DNA of 64,000 bases from Bilabrum cf. latius (lineage: Eukaryota): contig OZ237743.1 in the NCBI GenBank assembly GCA_965178125.1, forward strand, positions 1,178,001-1,242,000. The letters are read 5' to 3'. The position numbers and the translations under genes are program-made. The notes under the pieces were generated by a model, which saw only the letters and a list, made by a program, of their open reading frames with translations, ran no database searches and had not been told where the DNA came from. Position 1 is the first letter of the stretch. Each line of letters starts with the position of its first letter. Of the stretch, positions 33,401 through 46,400 are shown one piece after another.

Positions 33401-36400
33401 CCACTAGGCTGGTGCATGCAGCAGCACTCTTGGCATTCAGGGAGGCAACCAGCCTCGTCGATGCTCGCAGCCACAGGAGCATGCTGGTGTTCCTGCCGGG
33501 CCAGGACGAGGAGCGCCAGGCAAGGCGGGTATTCAACGGGATGATGCAGCAGCAGCACGGTACACATCCCGTGGTGTGGAGCCGCGGCCTCGACGGGGGC
33601 AACATGTCTCCCAAAGCGCTCGCTCGCATGATGCAGGACACCTCAAGGCCCACTGTCTACTTCTCAACACGGGTGGCCGAGTCCAGTGTGACCATCCCAG
33701 ATCTGGCTTGCGTGATCGATTGTGGGTACGACTGGCAAGACGTCTATGATCCTGACCTGCGCATCTCGCAGCGCCGCCTCGAGCGCATCTCCCAGGCAGC
33801 TGCCATCCAGCGGGAGGGCAGGACCGGGAGGACCTGCCCGGGCAAGTGCATCCGGCTCTACTCAACGGACACGTTCAACGTGATGCAGGCCCAGCGACCT
33901 CCCGGAGTGATGCGGTGCAACATGGCTCGCATGGCGCTTGACGTGATGGCGGCCAACATCTCGCTGGACCGATTCCAATGGGTGGATCGGCCGCGTGGAG
34001 ACGACATGCGAGCCGCAGTGACCACGCTCAAGACTCTTGGTCTGGCGGAAAGCCTCGGCACTGCTGGAGGGGGTGCATCTATGGCACGGACCACCAGCGA
34101 CGGGTCTGTAGCTGACCTGATGGCCAGCATCACGCCTGCTGGCAGGGTGGTCCGTGGTCTCGGTGTGGAGCCGTGGATTGGCGCACTGGCCGTGAAGGCC
34201 GTGCAGACCGACGGCGAGCTTGGTGTCGGCAGTGGTCCCGCAGTTCACCTCGTGGCCCTTCTTCGGTAGGGTGCATCGCGGTATGCCTCGCGCATGCGGG
34301 GATGCATGGCAGCGGGTGCATCCAGCCGCGGAGATCTCGTGACCCTGCTGCGAGTGTTTGTGGCGTGGCAGCGGCTAGGCAAAGACGAGGCTGCAGGGAA
34401 GCATCGGCAGCAGCTGCTGCTCAGCACCGTGTTCGGGGACGACGATACCGAGGAGATCATGCAGCTTTTCAGTGGTCAACAAGCTGTGTATCAATAGACT
34501 GTGGTGTACCTCGTCAATAATGGAATCCGCTGGATGGGAGCGAGGGCAATCGCGCAAAAACCATTCGAGCGAGAGGCATTGGAGGCGCTGGAAGCCCTGA
34601 GGCCGCATGCTGCATCTGGTGCCGGTGATGCTAGTGATAGGCCGGCAGTAGAAGGTGGCTCCGATGGACCGGAAGAAGACGATGATGAAGGCACCGGTGA
34701 AGCAGCCAGCGGTGGTGCGGCGGGAGGAGCTGCCGCGGACACGCGTCCCAATCGTGAACGCGAGGCAGTACGGAAGCTCGTCGTCGACTTGCGGGATGCG
34801 CATGATGTCGGTGATGAGGTTGACCTGGAGCGCGCCGTTGCCTGTTTCATCGGATGGGCGCTGGCAGAGAACCTTGCCGCCGCGAACAACGAGGCCAGTG
34901 CGGGCTACAGCCTCACACGGGCCGGCAAGTGGATCGGGATGGCCTAGATCCACCCCAAGTCGTGTGTTGCTCTGAAGGAGGACGCAGCCAGACCCGACCT
35001 GGTGGTGTTCGAGTCTGTGCAAGACAACGGCGGCTACATGCTGTGCAATGCCACTGTCGTCAGCAAGGCGGATCTGGTAGGACTTCTTGAGATGCCTGCA
35101 TCTCTGTTTCCTGAGGGGCTGCGAATGATCCAGCTGCAGGCCGATGGGTTAGACACAGCCACTTACCGGAGCCTGCTGGGTCATGACTACACAGAGACTG
35201 CTCGGATCACGAAGCATCAGGGCGTCAGGGGCGACATGAAAAAGATGATGCTCCACACACCATGGTCGCGCAGCAAGCCGCCGGTGCCGCTCGGAGCTCT
35301 CCGCGTGTGGGTTCCGGACACCTGCCAGGACGATGCAAAGAAATGGTTGGAAGCCTTGGTAGATAGCCACTTCCACATGCAGAGGCACGCTGTGGATGTG
35401 GTCGAGCTGCCTGCAGTGTCTGGCGTCCGGCAGCACGCCAGGCTGCTCGTGGGGGCCGGTGGTCGCCCGATACAACTCACAACACGCGGCTCTGGCTCAG
35501 GGGGTACTCAGTCTACAGGGCCGGCATCTGGAGCAGGAGACAATGGGGGCAGTCCACCCGGGTCGATCGTAAGTGATCAACAGCTGCAGGTCATTGTGTG
35601 GGCGAGACAAGACACGGGGGGAAGCGATGCGGTCGAAGCGAAAGCCAGCATGCGTCGATCTGCACCTGTCTGCTGGATGCAGCTCCTGAATGCCTTCCAA
35701 CTTCACGTGGGTTCCTCACACCCGGGAGTATCCTCAGAGCTGGCAGCAGCTGATCGTACCATGGCGGCTACTGTACCGTGCTACCGCGAGCTGGACAGCC
35801 CATTTCAGCCCACTTGCAGGGCAGTGTTCACCGCCACCAGTGAGGAGGGAGCGCGGGCATTCCACGCTCTCGTTCGCGAGCATGGTAGGCAAATCTTGGC
35901 CGGCAACGACGTTCAAGCCGACATCGATAGTTTCGTGGGAGACGGTGACGATGGTGCGGAGAATGCCCAGGCCCAGTCGCACGTGGTGCTGTCGTGGATG
36001 AGTAGGATGCACGACGGGGCATGCATCTTCAAACTGCATCTAAAAGCCCGGGACCTGGCTGACACTCTGACGAGATCAAGCGGCCATGTAGTGAACGATG
36101 GAGACGTCGACCCTACTGAAACTTCAGTTCCAGATAGCAGCATCGCCCCAGGTGAGAAGATCACACTGCACTTCCAGCAGGAAAGCCACGGATACTTTGT
36201 CGCTTGGGGCTTCCCGCGCACGATGCATCCGGCTGATATGGCGCAAACCCTTGATAGGTTGATTCGGTCCCTCAAGCCGAGTATACCCGACGTGGATGCA
36301 GTGTCAAGGCTAGAGATCCACGTGCGCGGTGCACAGGTCAAAGCAGCGAGGGCTCCACATTCTGCCAAGAAGAGCATGACCAAGCACCAGTACCATGGGG

Positions 36401-39400
36401 GGAAGTGGTCAAAGTCTCCATCCCACAAGCCATCAGAACATCGGCCCATTGAAAGCCACCAATTCGATACAGTTCCTGCCTGGAAGGATGGACAGCGGAT
36501 TCTTTCGAGAGTCGAACCGCATCCACGCAATACTACCAGCTTCAGGCTAGTACTGGCCCTTCCATCGATCCCTGACAAGTACGTCGAGTAGTACAAAGCC
36601 ACAGGGATGAAGCTTGCTTCTCGCATGCTGCCTGGTATCGGTGCGCACGGCATCTCTGCGAACAGGTCATCCGGAAAGCCAAGCAGCATGTAGCTTCGTC
36701 TTTTCCGCAAAGCAACCAATACTCGTCCTATCCCGAGCCCTGAACGGATCTTGGACGCATTCGAGGCTGATCTTCGCGCTTTCTTTCTGAAGAATCCTTC
36801 GAATGTGCCGCAAAAGCGAGTAAAGAGGGTAGATATTGTCGCAGGGCACCTCAAACGGTCACCTGTGTCACCATCCGCTCCTGTAGTCAGTACTGGCACC
36901 GTCGGAGTTGGCGATACCCGTGGCTTGGACGTTTTCAACGTTGAGTTCAAGACCGCCAGGGACGCGGAGCCATTCCAGACCCCATGCGATGATCCCAAGT
37001 CTAAAGGAAGGTGGATAGCCCACGGTATCAATGTTTCGTACTGGCACGGCAAGTACCCCCAGCCCGGCCAAACCACCCGGAAGCTGCAGGTGTACTTTCC
37101 ATCCGGTAGGTACGTAGCTGCAAGAGTCAGTGCCACGCTGGAGTCAATGGTAAGTGCATTGAAGTAGGCGGCTGAGCCGGCCGCAGTTAGTGTTCCCGGT
37201 CGAGCTATGCGGCGAGCTATGCAACCCCTGCCTTCGACTGCTCTAAACGTGACTCCAGGAACCGTCGGAGTCGGCGATACCCGTGGCTTGGACGTTTTCA
37301 ACGTTGAGTTCAAGACCGCCAGGGACGCGGAGCCATTCCAGACCCCATGCGATGATCCCAAGTCTAAAGGAAGGTGGATAGCCCACGGTATCAATGTTTC
37401 GTACTGGCACGGCAAGTACCCCCAGCCCGGCCAAACCACCCGGAAGCTGCAGGTGTACTTTCCATCCGGTAGGTACGTAGCTGCAAGAGTCAGTGCCACG
37501 CTGGAGTCAATGGTAAGTGCATTGAAGTAGGCGGCTGGACCATCCGCAGCACCGCCTCGGCCGCCTGGCCAACCGCCGCTGCCGCCTGGCCATCCGCCGC
37601 TGCCGCATGGCCATCCGCCGCGGCTGCCTGGCCAACCGCCGCTGCCGCCTGGCCCTCCGCCGGCTGAGACTGTCGCAGCGGCTGCTTTAGCGGCTGCTGT
37701 AGGATCTAAGCCTCCACCTGCTCCCGCTGGCCGTCCTGGCGCCGCCATAGCGGCAGCTTCCCGCTTGGCAGACAGAATCCCGCAGGAATCCATGCCGCCG
37801 AGGCCGGGGCCTGTGGACTCGCCATCCCGTGCGGCAGTTTCAAAGGCCGCAGCGGCGGCACTGCCTGCTGCAGGCACAACCGAGAAATCAACAGCAGAAC
37901 CCACGCACGCCCCAGTCTTGCCCCCACCCCCGAGCTACCCAGACTCTGTGGCAGCCCTTGACGATGGTGCGATGCTGAACGACCTTGTGCTTCTCGGCAG
38001 TCTCGTAGACAGCATTGGAGGCATGGTGGGCGAGCTCACATGGTCTTCACCTGACCCGCAAACTGGCATCACTGCGGTTCGCATCACGGCCAGATCCACG
38101 GATGCGGCCCAGCGACTGAAAGATCGCCTGGATGGCGCTGACATTGCGCTATCGTCCAAACTGGTCGGCACACCGATCCGTGCTGATCTGATGCTGGTAG
38201 ACATGGTCAAGGTGGGGCAAAGAGAGATGCAGTCAGCTAAGACCGCATTTCAAGTGGAAGCCAGGGGACCCCGTAGCCAGCTCCCGTACGCGTCGCCTCG
38301 CTAGACTGTAGACTCGGTTGTGAAAGACATGCAGCTGGGTCACGTGAGCATATACCACAGGCGTCCTCGACTCTTGCACGTCGGTGGATCGCGTGATGAT
38401 CCCATCAATATGGTGGGCTTCGCGACAAGCAGCAAGGGCAGGTTCAATCGATGGTCGAGACAGCTGCACCAAGCGTGCGCTGGGATTGACCTCGTGCAGG
38501 CGCTGGTGCAGGAAGATCCGACCAGGAAGCCGGACGATGTCCGGGCGCAAGTGGTCGCTCCGATCTTCTATCGGGACATCATTGGAATCGCCACGAGGTG
38601 CCAATGTACTGTCGTAATGTCCCATCGACAGCGCAACGATGATGACGAGGACCAAGCCGCTGACGCAGGACGTCGCGCATCCGCTGCAGTCCGGGTCCTT
38701 GGCTAGCGGGATCAGCGAGTCGAGATGGTGCAAGAGCTGGCGAAAGTGCTCAAGAGCAAGGCTGTGCCTCACATGGAGCGCCTGAGTGAGCAGGAGCTCA
38801 GCGTGGCCGAAACATAGACCATGCGGGACCTCTGCCAGATGCGACCGTACCAGCTCGTGCAACGAATTGAGAGCGCGGACTAGACTAGCGGGTCCTTCGT
38901 GCTTTCCAAGGACAGGATGGATTCTATTCGGGAAGTGGTCGATGCTGCAATCAGGAGCGGATCTCTGCTCAGTCCCCTGCAGTAGGCCATCAGCAGCACT
39001 CGCGCACGCGGCATCTCAATCGAGATATCGTACCGTCCGCACCTTGCGCTCGCCTTCGTGGACATGGACTAGGAGCACTGCAAGAGAGCCAAGGCGCGGA
39101 TGCTTGAGGTCATACGCGCCGATGTAGCGAGGGTCGATTCAGGTGCTGGAGACGATGGCGCTGGCGCAGGCATGGAGATGTGCGAGATTTCATTCGCAGC
39201 GGTTGCCTCTGACAGCCGAGATTTGCTGGTCCTAGGGCTAGGGACAGAGCGTCCACTGGTTACGGTCGTGCCATGCACCGGGCCTGGTAGCGATGGTGGG
39301 CCCCCGGCTGCGGTCAGGCAGAGCAGCGTGCCCCAGCCAGGCAGCATCAAGATTTTGAACGCAAGCCTCACTGATTCGATACGTATGCATGACACCGATG

Positions 39401-40248
39401 CAGCGACACAGGTAGTTGGGCCTACAGCAGGCTGCACGGAGCCCCTGCCTCTCTACACCATGTACGACGCAGTGGGGCGCGCAGAGATCAGTCGGCTGGC
39501 ATACCAGACGCTAGCCGCCCACACCAGGGATGGATGCATGCACCTTCCTGCGGGTACCATTCGAGACATTGGGGTGACAGAGGATACTGCCGCTGCTCGC
39601 GAGATCGCGGCTGCAGCGCAGGTTCGGCAGATTGCCATCAAGCCGCACCTGCAGCGCGTGGTGCGGTGTCCCAGTGAACAATGCGGCCGCATCACCGTGC
39701 TCCCGCCCCTGGCGCAGTGCGGCACTGGCCATGGGCAGCTGCTCCCGACGGAGGGGCGATGCATGAGAACAGAATGCGACCAGGAGCCCTGGTGCCTGCG
39801 GTGTGGGGAGCCCATGCATGCCGGGTCTTGCGGAGCGGCCAAGATGTGGGACAAGCACAATCGGCAATCTCGCAACTTGGATGAATCCAGGTTCGAGACT
39901 GGCCTTGACCTTCGGCAGTGCGGCAACCCCGACTGTGGCAAGCCCATCGACAAGGTTGATGGTTGCAACCACATGACATGCAGCGACTGTGACGCCCACT
40001 TCTGCTGGCTTTGTGGCTTTCCTTGGGGCAAAGGGTGCCCTGGAATGCGCATTTACACACACTAGCGGGAATGCTCGAACCAGTAGGGCTGGCACAAGCT
40101 GTCGCAAGATGGTCTCCGCAAGAAGCGAGCCGAGGCGCAGGCCTGGCTCGACCAGCACGGCGGGCACAGGCTGGACCCGTGCTTAGCTCTGGGGGAAGGC
40201 GACGCGGGTGGGAGCGCCGCGGGGGCAGCGGCCGGTGGGTGGCGTTAA
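30431..40248 (+). CDS. Giant NYN-like nuclease + DEAH/RHA helicase + IBR-RING2 (RBR E3) protein, ~3233 aa; intron 30894-31009
   Basis: VDWSNI..QVDANV..VLCT-G/DGN (rebuilt by splicing); GRTGSGKSTQIPQ, DEVH, SAT, VFLPG, AESSVTIP, QREGRTGR; C-terminal IBR and KVDGCNHMTC..HFCWLC. About 9.2 kb in one frame with only TAG; TAA at 40246. Confidence 0.9.
36898..37537. repeat. In-frame internal duplication, 2 x 277 bp (36898-37174, 37261-37537)
   Basis: Near-identical copies (one substitution seen), period 363 bp. Confidence 0.92.
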
Positions 40249-40493
40249 TTGATAACGACATGATAGTAGCGGCTGCCCAGGCCAGCCGGAAAGGGCTGGC
40301 AAGTTGGCCATAGACTTAGATCAGGATCCTTTGGATCCTCGATTCGCAGTCCGTCTGGATCCGGAATCCGGATTCCGCATTCACAGAGTCCAACATTTAG
40401 TCACCTTGTCATGCGATTACACATTCGGATTCTTGGTAGCTATGCTACTTTAAATACCAGGACGATTTAAGTTGCCGACCCGTGTAAATTAAG

Positions 40494-43400
40494 TCAACTC
40501 CTCGGCAGTCCAGCCACGCCCCCGCTCTTCTCGTACGGAGTCATCCCCGACCCCAGTCCCCCCCCTTGCATTTTCACGTCGTACTTGGCCATCGCTGCCG
40601 CCTCCTGCAGCGTCGGCGCATGCCTGGCCCCCGACCCCGCTACTGACCTGCGGCCTCTGGCAGAGGTCTGTTCCAGCGCCGCCTCCTGCGCCTCAAGCAC
40701 TTCCACGTCGTCCACTGTCCCGAAGTGCCACTGGGTCCGCGCCTGCCTCCAGCGCTTGCGCACGTACCGCCAGTGGGCTAGGTGCCTGAGTGAGTTCATG
40801 AGAGCGGTGTCGCGCACGGCCCGCCGCTGCGCCACCCCAGCTTCCCTCCTCGCTGCACTCTCCGACCCCGCTCTGCTGAGGTCATCCTGCGAGTGGAGGG
40901 ACAGCTCGTCCTCCGGTGCGATGGTGCGGCCCACCGACGAGCCAGGGAAGATCCGGTCGAAGCCCGCCACGAACGCGTCAGGGATGGCCAGGGCACGGTC
41001 CTGGTCCGTGATCTGCTGCGCGAGCGTCCTGCTCTCCTGGATCAGATCATCGCCGTTCCCCGCGGGCTGCACGCCGGGCGGGGGATTGCCGCCGCCTGGC
41101 CCGCTGGCCTTCTGCATCAAGTCCATGCTCCGTTCGGCAGCCTCCGCAGGACTCATGCCCTGCATCTCCTAGCCGTTGAGCTGGTGGTTCCGCAGGGCCT
41201 GCCTCGCTGCCCTTAGGATGGCCTTCTCCTCCGCCGCTAGACGGGACACTGCGGCAGGAGCCCTTGTTCCCTCCCTCACCAGCCCCGAAGGTGTCTGCAG
41301 GGCGGCACGGGCCCGGCTCAGCAGCATGGCCCCCGCATCCGGAATGGCACCTGTGGCTACCCGTCGCGTGTGCTCTGCCGACCGCGCGTTGTGCAGCGCG
41401 GTCATGGCTGTCTCGCTCGCGTGGGGGTGCTCGGGCAGGCGGGGGTCCCCCTCTGCCGCCGGGGGAGGGTTCTCACCGAACCTTCGCCGAGCGCCGGCGG
41501 GGGCCCCGTGCACCGGCACCAGCTGCGCACTGACCTGGCTGTCCCGGGCCAGGAGCACCCCCGCGGCACCGGCCTGGTTCCCTCGCGCCGACGAAGGTTC
41601 GGAGGGAACCAGAGCCTCTGGCCCGGTTACCACCAGTGCCCCAGGTCTCAGACGTGGTGTCTCACCCGGCACCCCCGACTCGATCAGCCCCTGTTCCCTG
41701 GAATGGTGGTCGTGTTCACCACGGACTCCGTCCATCAGTGCCAGCCGACCAACCGCCCTGTCGCCACCAGCACCATTCCGCTGCACAGGTGTAGATACCC
41801 GCCCATCACCGAGCCCCGCTGCCGCCCCTGCTGCCGGCGTGCTTGCGCCTCTGCTCCCGCTCCCGCTCCCCACGGAGCCGTCCTCCAGTAACCTGCCCTC
41901 TGGCCCGGCCACGTCGAGGGCTTCCTGCAGCAGCCCCCTGCCGTCTCGATGCACCGCCATGCGATGATCTGACAGCGGGATCCGCAAGAAGGCGCCGCTA
42001 GGCAGTGCGATGGTCTTGATCGTAATACCCGGCGCCTCCTCCAGCGGCACTGGCTCCTGCCACCCGGCAGCGATCCGCATCGCCTCTGCGCCCTGCTTGC
42101 CCATGGCCGCGGTGGACGGCCCGCCCCTGGACCTGCCGAAGGACGTGGGCGCTCGGCCTCGTTTCTTCTGCGCGCTCTGCGCTCGGACGGCCATGAACGC
42201 GTCCTCAGCGGTCTTAGCCGAGGTCTCTTTCATCTGCAGGCGCATCCTGTGGTTGTGGGACTCGAACGGGAACAGAAACCCGACGGAGCTGGCCCTGGCA
42301 GCCTCTAGGGCAGAGCTGGGCAGAAGGGAGAGGGGGTCTGGTTGCCGGATGCCGAATCGGGGCGCGGGTGCAGGGCCGTCCCTTGTCATCGGGTATCCAC
42401 CCCCACCGCCCCCCGCGCCCGCCTCCCCGCCGGCAGCGGCGTCGGCGCGTGCATCGTCTTCCTCGTCGTCTCCCGGGCCACGGCGCGCACCCACGCCCAC
42501 AAACTCGATCCCTTTCTGCTAGATCATACCCCCGAGCGAGGGGCCTGCGAGGGTCTGCCCCATCACGACGTTCGGCAGCGCCTTGATCTTGCGCTTGCGG
42601 ACGACCTGGGTCCTGGTCTGGGGCCCACGGGTCGGGATGATGGAGCCGCCGCCTCCCATCCCTGCAGAGCTGCTCTTGTCCTTCCTCTTCTTCCTTCTTG
42701 ACTGCGTCCCCGGAGCCAGCTGAGACCCTTTCAGAAGGTCCGAGTCCTCGATGGCCCTCTGCTCCTCGTCCAGCCCGCTCAGCACCCCCGCCGCCTCCTT
42801 CCTCGCAAGCATCCCCTCAAGCCGGTCCTCCTCCTCCTCGCTCGTGCTAGCCAGGCTCTCCGCGTCCTCCTCGTCAGAAGAGGCGAACAGCGCCTCTACC
42901 CCGTGCTGCCGGGCGGCCATCCGACGTTCCGCTAGCATCGCGCGGCGCCGCTCGCGCTGCCTCCGGTGCGCGCGCCGCTGCACAGCCTCGTCCGTCAGGG
43001 CAGCGATCCTGGCCCTGGCCTCCGGGCCGAACAGGGGCAGCCCGTGTTTCCGCCTCCTCCGCAACGAGGACAAGATGGCCCGCGCCCCGTCCTACTCCTC
43101 CTGGGTCAGGGGCAGCACCTCCCCCTCCACCCCCTCCAGCGGATCCGATCCGCCGGTTTGGCCATCCGCTCGATCGGCCAGGTCGGCCGCCCAAGGAGCA
43201 GGTTTGGTGGCCCGGGAGTACGCCTGGGCCTGCTGCTCCTCGAGCGTCTGCGCCTGTCCTTTTTCCCTGCGCCTGCGGGCTGCTCGGAGGGCTTTGATTC
43301 CGTCAGTCTCGCCGCCCTCCATCGCAGCCCTGCCCTTGCGGGACTTGGTCCTGTCCAGCGCCTGCCAGCTGGACTTGCGCGCCATGGACTCCCGCCGCCT

Positions 43401-46400
43401 GGCCAGCATCGCGCGCTCCTCCACGCGCCTGAGCTTGCGGCCCTCCCGCGCCGCCTCGATCCGTTTCCGCATGCGCTCCAGCTCCGAGAACGGCACGGAT
43501 CCGGAGCCGTATCTCGGGGCCAGGGCGTACATGGCCATGGCCTCGTCCTGCAGCCTGCGCTCCTTGACCTCGTACATGCGGCGTGCCCGCGCCTCTGCGC
43601 CCGTCTCGGCCCTCCCGTCGATGGCCGCCTTGAACTGGTCCTCGCGCATCTTTGCGTTTGCTGCCACCTGTACCAGCTGCGCGGCTTTCTCCTGCTTCTC
43701 TGCCTGCCGCTGCTTCTGGCGCTCGGCGGCCCCGGCCGACGGTGACGGTGACGTTCCCGCGCCACCGCTGCTGGCGCTGCTTTGCTCCCGACTGCCGTCC
43801 CTGCCCCTGCTCGGGTGAGGCGTCAGCGGGGTCGCGTCCGGCCCCGCAATGCGATGCACTTCCTTCCTGGTATCATGGTCGGTAACGCTCCGCAGGTCCT
43901 CGTGGATCCGGCGCCGCGCAGGCGTGAACGGAACCACTGGGATGGCGCGACCCTCCGATGGCGGGCTGCTCCCCGACCCCGCTGCGGACCCGCCTGCCTT
44001 TGTGGTGAGCATGGCGCGCCCGGGCGTAAACGGATTCGCGCCGACCTTGCCGGTGAGGGGACCGGCAGCGGCAGCGGAGGTGGTGGTCCTGGCTCCACCG
44101 CTACCAGCAGCAGCAGCAGTTCCGGTGAAGCTGACACGCCGGTTGCCCTTGCCCCGCCCCTTCTCAAGCCGCTCCACGCTCGCTTCTCCCAGATCGAAGG
44201 CGGGACCGCCGCGTCTGCCCGAGTTGTCCCCGCCTCTGGTGCTCTGCTGCGACCGCCGCTTGATTTTCTTGGCGGCCGCCCCCACGGCCGCCTCTCTCTG
44301 CTTCTGCTTGCTCCTGGTGGCATCCAGCACCGCCCTTTTTCTCCTCTGCGCCTCCAGCCGAGCCCTCTCCCGGATGGCCTCCCACCTCACCTGCTCCTGC
44401 AGCTCCTCCTCGCCGCCCTCCAGCCACCACTCCTCGCCGTCGGCATCATCAGCCGCTGCCTGCGCCTCCTCGTCGTCCTCCTCCTTGCCACTGCCAGCGC
44501 CCACACCGCCAGCGCCGCTCCCAGCCTTCTTGCTGCCGCCACCCCCGTGCGATGACGTCGCTGCTTTGACCACCCCAGGGCACACTAACTCGTGATACTG
44601 TTCCCCAAACACGGCCTTTTCCAGTCCCGATGTGGGCAGGCTCGGGGGCCGCTCCGCGTGGAGGTTCACCGCGCTGTGGGGAACAAAGGCCACCTGCCCC
44701 CTCGGTTGCAACCGGCTGGCTCGCCACCTCCCGGAGACTGTCACGGCGTCGTACTGTCCAAATATGTCCTAACCGTACTCTGCCTTGGATCCCTTGTTGA
44801 ACGCCGTGGAGATAGTTTTCTTCTTCCTGCGCTCGTCTCGCTTGCGTTTCTCGATCGCCGCCGCCTGTGCTGCCCTCCTCGCGATCGCCTCGGAGCCGCC
44901 CCTGCGAAGGGCATTGGTCGGGAGTGCCTTCTTCGCCGTGCCGTTGCCGCTGCCCGGAGCCCCCGCGCTCCCGCCCCCCTCCTCATCCTCATCCGCACCG
45001 ACATCGTCGTCCACACCCTCGCCCTTCACGGCAGCCACGGCAATCCCCGTGGCCGACAGCCTGCCTCCCGCCGCGTCCTGAGTCAGGGCGTGCAGGCAGC
45101 CCCTGCCCGTCTTCATGCCCAGCTGGAAGAAACCGTCGTACACGGTCTGCCCGCCACGGGTCAGCCACCGCCCGCGGCCCGCCGCTTGCCCGCGGTGAAA
45201 CCTGCCTGCGTACATGTCTCCGTACATGCCCCCGCCGGTTCTGACCGCTCTCCCGTGCAGCTGCCCCATCCTCCACTCGCCCTCCGATACCACCCCGTGC
45301 TGCGAGATGTGCGTCCCTTTCCCCTCCAGCATGCCGTCCTTAAAGTACCCCTCGAAGACCGCCCCTTGCGCAGACTCATACCTCCCCTTGCCCTCTATCT
45401 TGCCGTCCCGCATCTCACCCGCGTAAACGGAGCCGTCCGCAAACACGATCCGGGCGTTTCCGCTGTCGTCGTCAGGCACCCCGTACTGGAAATACTTGTT
45501 CCGCGCGGACGCCACGTCAGTGTTCCGCACCACCGCACCGGCTCTACCGCCCACGTGGTGCTCCAGAGCCGCGAGACCCGCGCGGATCCTCAGCGCGTCG
45601 GCGTCCGCGCTCGCGATGGCCTGGGCCTGTGACGCGTGCTGCAAAACGGAAGGCCGACCCAGGGGCGGCACTTCGCCCGCGGCCCCGCGGGAGCCTTCCG
45701 CCCCCGTGTCAGGCCTGTTGCCCTTGCCGCTGTCACTCCCAGGATAGCCCGCATTCGCATCACCACCATCAGCGGATCGCTCGGGCCCGTCTATCTCCCC
45801 CCTTGCTTCGCTGTCGTCGATTGGGGCGTCGAACTCGGCAGGATCGCTCGGTGCACCGACGACCGAGTCCTCCACGCGCTTCCGCTGGCGAGCATACCTT
45901 GTCAGCCCGTGCCTCGGAGGCCCGAACCTGCCCGTGTACGTGTCGCCGTGCGCGCTGCGGAGAGTGCCGAGCCCCCACCGGGTGTCCATCTTGAACGCTC
46001 CAGAGTACATGCCGCAAGCATCAAGCTCGACGCCCCGCCCCGATTTCTTGCCGCACCACCACCTGCCGGCGTATATGCTCTTCGTGCCCGCCCCCCTCGC
46101 TACGCCCCTCCCGTGCCTCAGCCGAATCACGAACACGCCCCTCATGTCCACCTCCTCGTACACGTCGTCCCCGCCCAGCGACTCTATCGTCGGTTTCTGC
46201 CCCTCGAACGCCTCCCCATCCCCGTTCGGACTCACCCGCACCATCACCGCACGGTCGGGACCCCTCTCGTAGAACGCCACGGGGGGGGGCTCGGCCGCCT
46301 CGTCGGTCTTCCGCATGCCCCGGATGAGCTTGGCGATGGCCTGCTGCCCCTGGCTCGCGTACCCGCCCCCGCCCTTGGCCTGCATGCTCACGCGCCTGTT

